The translations under genes were made by a program, and so were the position numbers. DNA of 64,000 nt from positions 4,826,201-4,890,200 of the forward strand of contig NC_092670.1 in the NCBI RefSeq assembly GCF_964355755.1. The letters run 5' to 3'. Positions 23,219-37,982 of the stretch are shown here, in pieces. Source of the DNA: Antedon mediterranea (Eukaryota; Animalia; Echinodermata). The notes beneath the pieces were generated by a model. That model was not told the origin of the DNA, made no database searches, and worked only from the letters and a program-made list of their open reading frames with translations. The number at the start of each line of letters is the position of its first letter. Position 1 is the stretch's first letter.

Positions 23219-25880
23219 CAGTCGGAAAGCCGCGTTGGTAACGCATCACTGATTTCATTCATTGTGAGGGCGCGCTTCGTGGAAAATGCTGGAATTTTTG
23301 CTATTTTAGTACACTTTGAAAATTGTATAATTTTGATATTAGATGAAATCAATAAACGTAGGCCTATTTCAATAGTTGAACTGCAAGCGTAAATAATGAT
23401 AAAAACTGTGATCTAAATTCCACAGTTTTTTTGTTTCGAGAAATATCATTATTTTGTGTATAAACTTTTTTATTTATATTTTTTTTTAAATGATGGTAAA
23501 AAATCATTAAATTTTATATTTTCTAGATAAGGTTTCAAAGCGAATTTAAAATCCTTTCAAGATAAACTATTAAGCTATCTATTAAAATAAAAATCTAATT
23601 TTTAGCTTTCTTGGGATGCAACTCCCACTAATCAAACCAAACCTACTACATTTCTGTTCAGTTACGATCGAAAAACCGCCATTTTGAAACTTTGTTTACG
23701 TTTTACAAAGCTGGTACGAATCGACCCGGACCGAATCGTGTCCCTGTTTAATCCGGTTGTTCATGGAGGCGTACTGCGTCACAGGCCTAATGTTTCAATC
23801 TGCTGCCCGATTATTGTTCTATTTGGTTTCTGAGCTAGGAAAGGCCTACTTAGACTAGCTACTATAATTACTTACTTAACTTCTAGCCTAGCTAGGCCTA
23901 AAAATAGTATTTTCTAGGCCTAGTTAGGCTAGTAATTCTGATAGTAGGCCTAGTTTGTGTTATAGGGCCTATAGTAGCTGGAGTAGAAGTAGACATAATC
24001 TGGGTATATACCAAGCAAGAAGAAGCCTGAAGAAGAACCTAGGCCCAGAAAAAATTACAAAAACTGTTAAAAAACAATAAATTGAAAAACAAAGTGCCAA
24101 AAGATAACCCATTTTCAATTTATATATAAATATGGTGGGGAATGTTATTTATAAAATCAGGCATCTTTTGTTTGAGAGACTCAACCATGTATTTTTATAT
24201 GGTCATGTTTTTAAAAAAGATAATTATTAGCCCATCATTTACTTGAGTATTGTTAATTGGTTGGTACTTGTAAGTATATCAATATCTGGCAGTAAATTTC
24301 ACACTTGTATACAGAAATATTCTATTACTTTATTAGATACAACTTACATTTCACACAAGCTGTATATGTATACATATACAGAATGTGAAAAAAATACAAC
24401 CTTTCAAACAATTACTGATACAAATAGTAAATACTACTGTATATAAAAACTTCTAATAGCACCTTGTTCATCAGACATAACAAACTAGCTAGGCCTAATA
24501 CTGTAAATATAAAATATGCCACCATATGTAGGCCTACTTTTTGAGATATCATTTTTACTTGAGTCTTACTGTTGTACTGATTTTATGATTGTTTTATGTT
24601 TATATTGTATGCATCACCTGTGCGACTCTGGTTAATAAAGTAAATCAATCAATCAATTGCAACTTAATTTATATCTTTATAAAAATTTACTGATCTGAAA
24701 CACTTCTACAACTTAAATGAATATAAATTTATATGTTATACTGTATTAGCGAATAAAATGAAAAACTATCAGCAATGATATTGAAATCGAGAAAACCACT
24801 TTACAGCTTCCACCGTCCAACCTCATATTGAAGAACGAGATAGAAAATCTTGATACCAACAAAAAACCTGAAATGAAAATGAATAGCTGAAATGTAAAAA
24901 CTATTTAAATAATTGTCACTATGACGAAAACATTTTCTTAAATACTGTATAATTATATAATTATTCCACAACCTGAAAACATATTCAGATAAAATATGAC
25001 TGTACTGTAGGCCTACCATAAAAAAGCACTAAACACAAAACTTCCTTGTGTCTGTATATTTATTGTATAATTATTAATACAGTAAATAAATTGTACCCAT
25101 CAGTTGCCAACAATAATGAGGATATTTAACTATATGTCAGGCTGCGATTGGCTTAATTATCTTTTTAAAACCTTCCCAACGCATCTTCAATATAAACGAA
25201 ACTTTAATAATACTAAATTGTAACTAAAGTATTTTAATTATCAACATGTTACTAAGGCTAAGCCTAGGCCGATATTACGACAACGATCCACCAGGTCGTG
25301 CACACACCCACACCTGCAACAACCACAATCAACACACCATGCACCACACACGACGTAACTAGTGCCGCGAGACGTAACAATTATGTGAAATGAGGACCTT
25401 TTTTAAAATGTTCGCTGTAGGAAGCTTAAATAGGGTTTCAAGCCAATTTTAACGTAAAACAGACTGTTGATACTTACTCTATCCATATACGCCGATTTTT
25501 TGGTAATTCACTGTATGGGATGCAAATCCCACTAATGGAAAATTTGTAAACAAACACAAGTTAGAAAACTTCAGCTTTGACGGCTGCACACGAACTTTGG
25601 AAAGAAACTGTCACTGACAACAAATCCAACAAATTATTCCGAAAATTAGGTGACCTGCGACATCTTAAACATATAAGGAACTGATCTTACCATATATGGT
25701 TAATTTTTCGCCTATTAATGTTTATTAAACAGCTATAAAATGACGTATACTTTATGCTAATGTTTTCGCGCGAAACGTTGATGCCTCTGTGCCGAGAGAG
25801 GGCTTCTAAAATTAATGACGTCATGCGAAGTCGAAAATTTCGCGATAACGGTCATATTTCCCAACGCGGCTCTCCGACTG
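23219..25880. mobile_element. Non-autonomous DNA transposon, TIR CAGTCGGAAAGCCGCGTTGG, 4-bp TSD TGTT
   Basis: 19/20 TIR match; TGTT at 23215-23218 and 25881-25884. Confidence 0.8.
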
Positions 25881-26139
25881 TGTTGTCGCTGTTAGAGAGG
25901 TTTCGCAACGCAACGAATATGATAACGAAAACGGGTGCGTCAATCTGTTTAGCATGGCATCAATATTGAGGGCGCCGTCCAAAATATGACTGCGGTAAAT
26001 TTGAGCGAAGCGCAGGTACCTCTGGATGGCAAACTACAATGTAGGCTACACTTTTTTTTCCAGACGTTTTTTTGGGTGCAGCAGCTTGGACCTATAAATT
26101 AGTCGAGTTTACAAAAGTCCGAAAGTGTCAGCCTTAGAT

Positions 26140-26168
26140 CAGGGAGGTATAATATTTATACCTCCCTG
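26140..26168. mobile_element. 29-bp TIR-only insertion with 7-bp TSD (P-element-like footprint)
   Basis: CTTAGAT-CAGGGAGGTATAA-TAT-TTATACCTCCCTG-CTTAGAT. Confidence 0.7.
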
Positions 26169-26360
26169 CTTAGATATAGGCCTACAGCTTTTGCGATGAT
26201 AAAGCTTCTTGTTGATTATGTCCTCTAGGGTTAGCTGGTTAAAGCAGCGGCGCGAAAAGTGATTAATACCAAATTTGACATATTTGACCTCTAATGACCC
26301 CTAAAATATATGTTCCACTAACCATATTTTGGTAGATTTTGAAAAGAAAGTGTCCTACTA

Positions 26361-26660
26361 GTTACTGAATCGGCAAGGGTTCGAGGCCGACTCGCTCCTT
26401 GTTCTGGTGGTGGAACAAGTCTTCTCGGATAAGGACTATAAACCGTAGGTCCAGTGTACACAGTTATAACCTGTGTGTACTTTAAAGAACCCAGTTCATT
26501 ATTCGAAAAAGAGTAGGGGGTTACCCCGGTGAACTGGTTCACACAATAGCCCATGTATCAGGGGGATTACCACCTATCTGATAGGACAGTGATTAATTCA
26601 CTATTGGTAATCCTTGGCCACATTGCCTAAAGACATAAAATAAAATAAATAAAAATAAAT
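26361..26660 (+). mobile_element. tRNA-derived SINE with Deu/Nin-like central domain
   Basis: B-box GGTTCGAGGCC; GGATAAGGACTATAAACCGTAGGTCC..TAAAGAACCC..TATTCGAAAAAGAGTAGGGG resembles the Deu domain (from memory); A-rich tail. Confidence 0.72.
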
Positions 26661-27534
26661 TAAAAAAAGTGTTGAAAACTATTGCAATTTGTTTTGGGTT
26701 ACCCCCTTTTTCCATAGGTAGCCTGGACTAGGCCTATAGTAGATGTTTATTGATTCATAGTCAATTATTGATATTACTATCTATGATTGGGTTTACACAT
26801 AATAGGCCTATAGCTTTTAATTTTTAATCATACGTGTGAGAGTTTTAGTCAGCGATAGGATGTAAACAAAACAACTCAAAACCGTCCCTAATTTGAACTG
26901 CGTTGTGGGTTAATGATGACGTGATTTGTAAAAAGCGATCATCAGATAACCGAATAACGTTGGAGTAATTTTCAATTTCGGTACATAATAATTGATAATT
27001 TTGAATTTTTATTTTGGTCATGTGATCAATGTAAACACGCAGTGCGACACGGAATCGAATGACTGTGAAGTAGGTGAAAAGCACACACATAAGAATAGAT
27101 CACTTTTCTCGAAAACCGCCCCTTATATTTGGAATAAGCGTCCTAAAATGGTATATAAAAAATGGTTCCGACAAATTTCCGAGCCGGATGACACCCACCA
27201 TCTGAATTTCCTCCTGGTATGGTGTAGGTAGGTGAAATTACGCAACCCACGTTATTCAAACTGTTAGATATGTATTAGACGTTCTCAAAATGAAAATGGT
27301 GGCATCCCATGAGAAAGACAATTGTTTGAGCGAAAATATATTAAAATTTAAGAGAAAATCATGCGAGATGCACTCTGTTGAATGTGAACGAAAGAAAAAA
27401 AATAATGCTAATTTTGTTGACGTAAAAACATTTTGTACGTACGTATGTACTAATTGGCTTCCATAATAAGTTAAGTTTAATTTGAGACACCTTTCAGTCT
27501 GAGGAGCTATAAGAGATCATTCAAAATAGGTATG

Positions 27535-27915
27535 GGTAAAATTCGCAAATCGCGCGTTAATACTTCTAAATTTTTTTACTCGATATTATACGAATTTAGG
27601 GTCAACGATTTGCCTCAAATAGGGTGTTCTCCGATTTAGGATTTGGTATACACTTTCGAATGGATGTGTGGTGAAAATACCCGCACACTGAACAAGGCGA
27701 GGGTGCTTCGCATTTACCTATTTTCTACAATTACTGTATTGTTTTTAATAGCTGAAACTGCCCGAGTAGGCCTACAGCAGGATAATGTAGAAGACAAACC
27801 AACTTTATTTGAAAAGTCTATTTTACTAGATTTAATATACGTTTATACAAACGTATTGCTTGGCGATGAATGGAATCTCTCTTCCAAGTGTCAATTCCCT
27901 CTGGCTCTGGCGTAA
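27535..27915 (+). repeat. Diverged dispersed repeat (second copy 37131-37612)
   Basis: Shared blocks CGAATTTAGG.TCAACGATTTGCC, GAAAATACCCGC, AGATTTAATATACGTTTATACAAA. Confidence 0.75.
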
Positions 27916-30447
27916 TAAATCACGAGTGCCATTATTATTTATTATGATACAGATATTCTAAATATTGGAACATCATTAGAATAACATTTTTTTAGATAAT
28001 CAGTTCACAAAATTCGGTACCGAAAGAAATAAAACAATGAACAATGAGAAGATTTTTTACAATAACAATTATTATCTTTTAAGATCACCTAATATGTATT
28101 ATATTAAAATCACATTCATAATAAAAGAAGATAATTATATCATCTGTATTGTGGTACATATATTGATATAAACAGACCCGTATATAATATGTTAATTAAT
28201 TTAAGACACTTTACCTACGTTTTTTCGATGTAAATTAAGGTCACAAACTGCATTTTATGTAAAAATAAATACTATGCGCCTGTTGCGATATTTTTTTTAA
28301 CGGTAAAAATGTGGAAAATAATTCAATTCTATTCCGCTATTGCCAGCATGCATTGCACACGGGTTCGGTTTTCTTCCGATCCGATCTTCCGTTTTCTTTT
28401 GATCGATCGTGAAGAAGGCAAAACAATTATGGAAGACTAACCGTAACTTTTCAACATTGGAAAATGATTCATGCCAAGTATAAAATACAATTTAAATAAT
28501 TCATAATAAATAAGAGAGGACATTCGACGTGAGCTACTTGGTACCGTAGTGCATTGTATTTCTCGTTTTATCATCATTAACCATAAATCGTTAATTAAGA
28601 CAAAGAATGACCTGGTTTATTTTACCTTAATAGCAATATTATGTATTATTTTTTTTTACAAAACGTCAACAATTGCTGTAAAGTGTCTTTTTTAGCATAC
28701 CTTTATATAACACTCAAATGCAGACTTATTATCGCCATTTGATGGGAACAGTGGTTCAAACATGAGACACTATAGATTAGTTGTTCATTGAATTCATCTA
28801 CCTGTAGAAGTAATCATAAGATTTATATTTAATGCTGAACAATGTATATTGATTGCTCTGTTTGTGTGCTTACATATAATTATAACTTTAATTACCATTC
28901 TGAAGCTAATTTCGCAAACCTAAATCTGCGCAATGCCTACTCTATGATATTGACCTATACTTACCGTGTAGTGTAGGCCTACTGTACTAGTCGTCTCAGT
29001 CTCTTGAGGTTTCAAATGTCCAATTCCTTGAGAACGTTTCAATTTATTTTGACTGTAGTGTAAAGTCATAAGAATATTGTTCTGTCTTGTTATGCGTGCA
29101 TCTAAATGGTGTGTTGTGTAGTGCTAGAATGTGTACGTGTCTCTAACCACATCGTGATGATCGCATGTTAGCTGATAAGGATGGCTGCGAACATTGAAAG
29201 TTTATACATTGATTGATATGTTGATTGCATTATTTGTATAAAGTTGGCATATGATGTAGTACAACATATTCTGTCTTACGATTTCATTTGATCTCAGGTT
29301 TTAGCTGATTATAACCAGGGCAACACAACAATAAGTTACCCCCTTCAGTGAAATTGATTGTACTATCTGTATGCATATAATTATGTATGGTTCATAATTA
29401 CAACATAGCGTGACTGAATGTTTGCTTTTGTAGCCGATTACATCTATGGCATATACATTGATTGTACCTGTATGTATTTTGTTTGTTTAAAATATGCGAT
29501 TACCAAAGAAAAGTTTGTCTATCTTATAGTGCATTGATAGGTAAATTATTGGGTGTGTTGTTGGTGATGACTTACACAAGCCAAGTAATATATTTTTTAA
29601 TAATATGGTAACATTTATAATCAAATGAAATCCTCTAATAGATATGAAAAGTGGTAAAAAAGAATAACAAATGCTTGGTAAATTGTAGATAACAGTGCGG
29701 TGAATTCTACTACAAATAGTATAATTGTGTTATTATAAATGTGGATGGACGTTTATTAGATAGTTGGGTTGGGGGGGGGGGATTATTATTCAAAGTGATG
29801 TTTTATTGGAGAGGCGTTTATTCAAATAAATACCATCCTAATAATTATTAATACATTATTCAATTTAATCATCTTTTGAAACTAACTGCCGTGACAGAGT
29901 GGGCCCAAGAAAGAACATTACGGCTTGCAACATGGGCAGACATCTCGGTCCTAACGGGACATAGGAAGATAGCCTACAGTTATTCCTGCCAGTTTACTCA
30001 ATAAATCTCAGCTATCGGGATTTCACTCGATTTTAAACAAAATGTCTTATCATCAAATCTTCCTATGTAATTTTATAATACTATTCCCCACAATATATTC
30101 CAATTCTTTATGGCGTAGGCCTATATTTAATTTGATCTTTATTAATTTGCAGTATAATTTCTACTACTGTACCTTCACACACGCGCGGTATGTTTTAAAA
30201 TAAACAAAAAACTGAAATAGCTATGGCCAACAAGCTCCAGTTTTGTCTTCCAAAGGGACACTGTATTGATTGATGGAAAGTGCCTGTTTCCAGTCACCTT
30301 TAGGGTCAAATCTATTATTTTAACTGCTCCCTTGTGTATAAAAGAGAGAAAATATTTGAAACCAGGTTGTTGCAAGGTGAACTTATCATTACTTTGACCG
30401 GGAGCCTATGTCAGAATTAACCATAATTTATATATAGATGAATAGAA

Positions 30448-31318
30448 ATGCGAATAGATTTCCGCCGTAAAAAAAGAAGGGAAATTGAGCCTGTCCAGAT
30501 TAAAGGACATGAGGTAGAAATCGTTAAAACATATAAGTATCTTGGGGTAACGTATGACAATAATTTATCATGGGGAGAACATGTAGATCAACTAATTAAA
30601 AAATTAAATACTAGACTGTACTGTTTTAGGAAAATTAACGTTTTTAGGGTAAGGGAAGAGATACTTACTATGTTTTATTCATCTGTTATTTTTTCAATCT
30701 GGGATTATTGCCTATTAGGCTGGGGTGGGAACATAAACAAAGGAGATAAGGGCCGCATATGTAAAGTGTTAGAAAGGGCATTAAGAGTGATTGGCTCGTC
30801 GGCGCTGACAGCGGACTCAGTCTACGATTGTCACTACGGAGAACGATTGAAAAATGGGTTACAGGCGGTCATGGAGGAGGAAAGCCATCCCCTTCATTCG
30901 GATCTTCTTCGCTGCCACATTGGTAGAAGTGGTAGACTGAGGCCGGTGTTGGCGCGGACGGGTCGATACTCAAATTCGTTTCTCCCAGCTGGGATTAAAA
31001 AATTTAACGATGACTTTAAGAGGTAACTACAATAATTTTGATAACAATAATAAATAATATAAATATAATAATTAATAATGAAATATAAGACACTTTTTAA
31101 ACCGTTTTGTAATGATCTGTTTTTTTAACTTAAATATTTTTGAGCTGTAATTTTATGATGTACTTTTTTAATCATTGTGTATTTTTATATTGTTATTCTA
31201 CATTTTATACTTTATTTTATACGATATTTTATACGATATTTTTATGTGATAAGTGAGCAAATGCAATTTCCAGTTTATTTGGACAATAAAAGTTATCTGT
31301 ATCTGTATCTGTATCTGT
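30448..31318 (+). mobile_element. 5'-truncated L2/Rex-like LINE 3' end
   Basis: ORF 30448-31026 IDFRR..YKYLGV..LSW..SHPLH..SGRLR..RTGRYSNSFLP; AATAAA then (TATCTG)n tail. Confidence 0.82.
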
Positions 31319-32620
31319 AATAGTAAAAAATGTATTTAAAACTCATATGGTAGGCTGGTACAGGAGCCTTCTAGTGAGTTTAACGATGAAAATAAACGAT
31401 ACTTTCTTAGTTTTGTTTAGATTACATAAGTCTTCATTTGAAATTACATTTTTTAGCTCACCTTAAATAAATTCCAAGTGATAATGGAATCTTTACGTTT
31501 GTTTAATGTAATGTATGATTTGTAGACACTAAATGAAATAAAGAAATACGTTAATTAACAAGTTTGTGCGGTGTCCTATAACTATGCCTGACCAATCTGG
31601 GAAACCACAGTCAATAATTTCAAAGCTGTTGAATACTATATTGAATATTGTTGAATAACATTTGTTTCTCATTTTCTATTTCTAGGCAACAATTTTCGCA
31701 ACAAGCATCTTTAGTAAGGTTCCACTTCTTTAAGTTTGTTCTACAAACTTGTATACGATGTAATAATTTAACATTAAATTGGGCAACTTTAGGTATAAAT
31801 GTTTCATATTGTAAACTTTACAGTTCCATGTTTTGTCCCAGTCTATGATGTCATTATTAACTCAACATCCCGCTTTGCTTGTGTAGTGAGGATATATATA
31901 TATATATATATATACATATACACATATGTATATATATATATATACACACATACATACATTTACGTAATTAAGAGCAACAATCTAATCTTGAATCCTCGAT
32001 CATTTTTCGCCGGGTAAAGCAGCATCATCTTCAGTCAGATGGATGCACTTGATAAGTAAATGGCAACGGTTTCCAGGCTGGTCTTAAAACCCAATGTGCA
32101 GACCAGGGGCTTTCGTAGTATTATCACGGAATTTGACAACTCATTACAGTTTCGTGATTAAAAAACCACCAGAATCTGATTTCCTGAAATAATGTTTGTT
32201 TACTCTAGGCCTACATGTCTATTACAGTATCACTTCTTGAAATTAGTTGATCTTATGGGTTTATTATAAAATCCGTTTATGTCAGATTTATGCCCATGTT
32301 TACGTACCGATCTAAAAAGTTTTTAAAACGGAATTTAGCATAATTTGTTTGGTAAGAATCGTAAAATATAACCGTATGCCCACTGTGTATTTACTTTTTA
32401 GTATTTTTGCTCACTGATTCGATGTTATGTTTTGAAACTGTTTTTATCGAATGTCAAGTAACCACGACTGATCGCTTATGAAATAGAGATCATAGCTAAA
32501 TCTTGACGTTTATTAAATTTCAGTACAAATTGTAAATGTATATAAATCATTTTTATAATATGAACATGGAATACTAAGATTAAAAAGTATTTTACCCGAG
32601 GCTATTCAAAATAATACTAA

Positions 32621-32784
32621 AGCCAATTTTCCACTAGGCGAATTTGTTCGCGCGAATCGAAAGCGTCAGCTTATACGCAAGCGTACTGTAGATAAGGATT
32701 TGGAAGATGGAAACATGAATACGCATGCGTATAAGCTGACGCTTTCGATTCGCGCGAACAAATTCGCCTATTGAAAAATCAGCT
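32621..32784. mobile_element. Palindromic MITE (~165 bp)
   Basis: ~60-bp arms TAGGCGAATTTGTTCGCGCGAATCGAAAGCGTCAGCTTATACGCA and its reverse complement. Confidence 0.85.
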
Positions 32785-35154
32785 TGATGACTGATTTTTT
32801 AATTGATACATATAAATAAATAGTAGTAATACTAATACAGTAGTTGTCACTATGGAATCGAAATATGAAATAATTTGTATCTTTAATTACGAATAGGCCT
32901 AGAGCCGTTTAAAATGATTATCTTACATACTTAAGCTTTGTTCCAACTTTCTTGGACGCAATGGAAAGACGTAAGCGAGCCTCAAGTAATTTGATCAATC
33001 ACGACCCATGGGTCGTCCAATAAAATTATGCATAGTAATATAACATTATATAGGCCTACATTATTATTAGTAACAGTCATGCAGTGGGAAAGCCACTCGA
33101 CAAATCGAACAAATTTTCATCTAAGAGAGGGCGCCCTATTTTTTCAAATTTGTTAAAAATACAGAAATTTGTAGGGTTCAGGAGAAAGGATATCATGTAA
33201 AATTACTATTAAAAATAAAAAAACTTGAAAATGGAATATATTTTCAAAGGATTAAATTATATGGTAACAATTTTTTAAAGAATTTTCATCCATATTGCAT
33301 CGCGCCGCCTAGGCCAGGTTGTTTACTTTTTCCGCGGTACCACCATGACATGTGTTGTATCGCGCGCAAGAACACGAAGCTAACTAGGCCTAGGCGCGCC
33401 GGATTGAGCCTACACCGAAGCTTTCAGAAGCAGAACAATCAGTGAAATAAGAAAGAAAGAAACTCAATATTTATACTGATCAAGGCATGTAGCCAATATT
33501 TCGCTATTTATTACATTGATCAGGTAAATACGTTAGGCCCTGCTAGAAGTAAAACCTCCATGGTGATATAGCTAGGCCTAGGCCCCCACACACAGAAGGG
33601 AAATCCACACAAAACACTAACATTAATTGCTGTTGTGACCTGTAGGTTTTGCTCCACATTCACTGCTGATCATACTTCTACTGATTCATGTAAACTTAAA
33701 AATTATCAAATAACTTGCTCAGCTTGTTTTAAAGTGTGATCTATCAATTCATATAATCAGAGTCCACAAATAAGCATTTCATTTATAACTGTATATTATA
33801 CCAAGATCATGATACTGTGTAATTAAAGCACAATATTTTTATGAACGTATTATTTGATTCATTCAAGTGTTGCCACATAGTTCTGCTTTTTGAATCCGTG
33901 ACCATGCATACATTTTTTCTTTTCCTAAGCAGCCTTCATATCACACAACTCATTAAAATGGTGAAGATGAATAGTACACAGAGTATGATCTACAATGCAT
34001 AAGTGTCATAATGAATTGTTGCTTTTCAAATTTTACTGATGCAAATTTATAACTTGGCTTCATGCATTCTTGAAATTTCGTACCATAGCAAATCCTGAAG
34101 ATCATTTTAGTTAGAAAATGCTAACCATACTATAACCATATTGCAGCAATTAGACTTTGTAAATGTGAGAATGAATGACCATAAATTAAAAAAATGTATA
34201 ATTTATGTTCATTCATAGCACATTTTTTGAATGGGAAAAAGAGAAGCCGGCTGTTTAAAATGTATAAATATAATCTCTAAATAGTTTATCACAAATATTT
34301 GTACACAGAATAAAAACAATACATTTTTAATGTTTTAACTTTATAACACAACTTTTTTTTTGCATCAATAACATACAATATTAATTATTCAACTATTATT
34401 ATAAATGTAATACTTTTATAAATGTTATTTGCTAATTCCATCCAATATTTAAAAATTGCATATACAGTAAACTTTCTTATTTTTGTTTAAACTTGTGATA
34501 CACAAAATACATTTAGATGGTATTATTTATAGAGCCTATCTCAATTGTAAATATGAGTCATAAAAACAAAAATCACATTGGTCAATAAAAAAATATTACA
34601 TTCATAAAAAAAAATCTTCTTATTCAAAAGAGTTTTCCAGTTATTTTAATTTACATAGCATTTTAACATGTAATAACTCAACAGTTGAATCTTTAAACAA
34701 ATACAGAAATATAATAATATAATAATATAGAAATAATGAATGTTTATGAGTTGGATTGTGAGAATAATTCATGAATTGAAAAATTGACTGCTTTATTTTT
34801 AGCAGGGCCGAGATAAAATGACCAGGCAATTTTTCATCAAATACAAAGCAGTCATGATTTGTATTATAACAAGATTGCAAGAATACAATTGTGCATGTTA
34901 TTGTTATAATACAACATGACCTGGAAGGATAACCACTGTTTTGTAGTATCTTGCTCAATGATGTAGATATCCAAATCTATAAAAATAAAATTAAATCGAT
35001 ATTATTATTAATTTAAAAGAGAACAAATGAAGACAGTCTATACATTGTGAGAACAGTTAAAGATTCATGTCATAATCCTCACTGTCAAGTGACTGGCATT
35101 TAATCTAATTGGTTCTTCAATGCACATGTATTGTTGTTTCAGAACCACCAGATT

Positions 35155-35404
35155 GGAGTTGTGGCTTGGTGGTTATGATGCTTGGCTACCACTCCAAGGG
35201 TCCTGGGTTCAAGTCCCATCACATGTCAGGATTTTTTCTAAGGACCAAATTCTCCACTCCCAAAGACTTGTAATAAGACTTTGTTTATGTAGAGCATCTT
35301 GTGTATATGTTTGTCTTGTGAACATCTGAGGGTCCCTAATGATCAGCAATAGCTGGATGGATCACCCTCATTAAATATGGTTTAAAAAAAAAAAAAAAAA
35401 AAAA
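35155..35404 (+). mobile_element. tRNA-derived SINE
   Basis: A-box TGGCTTGGTGG, B-box GGTTCAAGTCC, poly(A) end; related head and body at 56935-57098 (-). Confidence 0.8.
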
Positions 35405-37982
35405 CCAGTTGTATACAAATATATATTTCGATAGCAAATTAGCAACAAGCAATCAATTGGTATGTCACACTCAAATCAGTCCTTTGTCCAGGCCTGTCAT
35501 TATAATTGGTTCAGAAAAAAAATGACCAAATACTTATAGGCATTTATAGAAAAATACAGGATTATATTGTTATTTTAGTACTATAAATTCAGTCTTTTTT
35601 ATCCTCTTAATTTTAGCTTTAATAATAGTTTTGTGTAAATTTTGTTTTTGAGGTTACAATCATCTCGACAACGACAACTAAATTTTATTATTTGTAAAGA
35701 ACTCTAAAGTAGGTATACATTATTAATGTATACAGTATTACAATATTACAATTTTATTAGGTTATGTATTTCATTCTGGAACTAGGCAGCCTTCATCCAG
35801 CTTCGCCTTCTTTGTAGTATCAGCATGGTCTGTTGCACTCAGTTGGACAACATCAAACTGTTTCTGAAAATGTTGTACCACTGTATGATGGTGTGGCAAA
35901 CCATTTGCAATGTAGGCCTACCATAATTTGTTATTGTGACATCCACAAATTTTACATGGACCACGCCTTTCCGCAAAGGGTGTGTTGCAATACAATTACT
36001 TATTTTAGGCATTACTTACCTTTTTAATTTAGCATTTTCAGTCGGTAATTTTGAATACAGATCTTTTTGCCACTCACTGGAAGGAATAGAATATTTATAG
36101 AGATAATACTAGAAGAATAGAATAACAGAATAATTAATATATTATTTATTTAGTTGCATGGGAATTATTTAGCCTAGGCAGCCTAGTTTTTACTATAGTA
36201 TAGGCTAGCCAGGCTAAGGCCAGTATACTTTACTAGACCTATATGCCTATGCTAGGGTGGATAGGCATACTACTGGATACCAGCTAACCTAGGCATAGGT
36301 TACCGTATGTCTAGGCCTACTATAATAAACGTAGCCTAGGTAGAAGGCAGGCCTAGTTTAGGCCACATTTAATAGGGCCTTATACTTATAGCTATAGCTA
36401 AGCCTACAGTCTGAGTAGCTAGTCTAGCTTGGCCCTATCTAGGCCATTATCCCTTTTATATATTAATATCGTACCTAACTACGGCCCTCAGGCTAGGCCT
36501 ACTACCACTAGGCTATACATATAGTCTGATCATTTATAGCCAGGCGTGTGAGATCATCGCAAATTAGGACTTTCTGTCCTAGCCTAAGCCTCGCCTAAAT
36601 AAAAGGCTAGTAGGCCTCTTCTAGCCTTTTATTTACCTAGTCTAGGCCCTCTGTCTAGCTACTACTACTAGGCTCTAGGCTAACCGGATGTACGTCCTCC
36701 TAACACTAACTAGGCCTAGGCCTACTACTACTAGGCCTAGGCCTACTACTAGGCCTTGCCAAGGCTATCTCATGACTTAATCGGAATAAACTATAAACAG
36801 TGTTTAACAACGATGAACCACCTTCTCATAGGTCATAATCGATATATACTTAATTAAAGCATATTATTAAGTTATTAAAACACATTTTCATTAGTTGGGA
36901 CGCAAATCCGACTATTCAGAAAAATGTAAACAAATCAAATGGTAAAACTTATATGACCCTGCAACTTTTCCGAACCAGTGACTTACGGAGAAAATTTTAA
37001 CTTTATCGTCTGATTTTTCTCCAAATGAAATCGATTGGCTAACAAAATATACTTATTAGGAGACTTGTTTACCAAATTAGAAAAATTATAATATTTGAAT
37101 ATTCAAGATATCTATATATAAATTTACGTAAGGGCAAAATTCGGTAAATCGCGCCTTACTTCTAGAATTTTTACTCGATGGTATATAAAGTTGGTTCGTA
37201 CTTTCGGTACTGATTTTAACCACCTGATGTAACCCTGTTTACTAATTAAATTAAGTTAGATAATTAGTTATTGACGATTAAAACGAATTTAGGTTCAACG
37301 ATTTGCCCCAAATAGGGGTGTTTTCCGATCGTGGTATACACTGTCTAATGGATGTCCATCTTGAAAAATACCCGCCACAAAAATGCGAGGAGGCTTCGCA
37401 TTTTCCTATCTCCTCCTACGATAATTGTTTTTAATAGCTGAAAACCGGTTGAACAGCTAGAGTACAGCATCATAATGTTGAAGACAGGCCGATTTTCTTT
37501 AAAAAATACTATTTTGATAGATTTAATATACGTTTATACAAATGTATTGATTTGCGATGAATGGAACATTCCAATCTCTGTTCCACAAGTGTCTATTCCC
37601 TCAGGCGTCGTAAAGGCAAGAACTGTATACTCATAACAGAAATTCGATCCATTTTTTTTTCACTCTGCCCTGCAGAGGTTGGATATAATATACATTTTTT
37701 TTAAACGGATAAAGAGCTAGCGTTTTCACTCGCCGTATAATATGTACAAATCTTTATTATTGCAGTTAAACCACCCACATCATCACCCTTCCCTCACTGG
37801 CATTAGTAGCGTTGTAAAACCAGTAGAGGATAGGCCTACGGTACATCACATGCCCTAAACGCAGAACAACTTTGGTGGGTAGGGTAGGAACCAACTTAAG
37901 TATGAATTGGCTCTAAGAAACAATTGAAAACCATTAGGCCTACTAATTACGTCGAGTTAGATAATTTAATACTTATTGACGA

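Noticed and set aside
35155-35225. tRNA gene
   Set aside because: Continues into a SINE body and poly(A); a diverged second copy exists.
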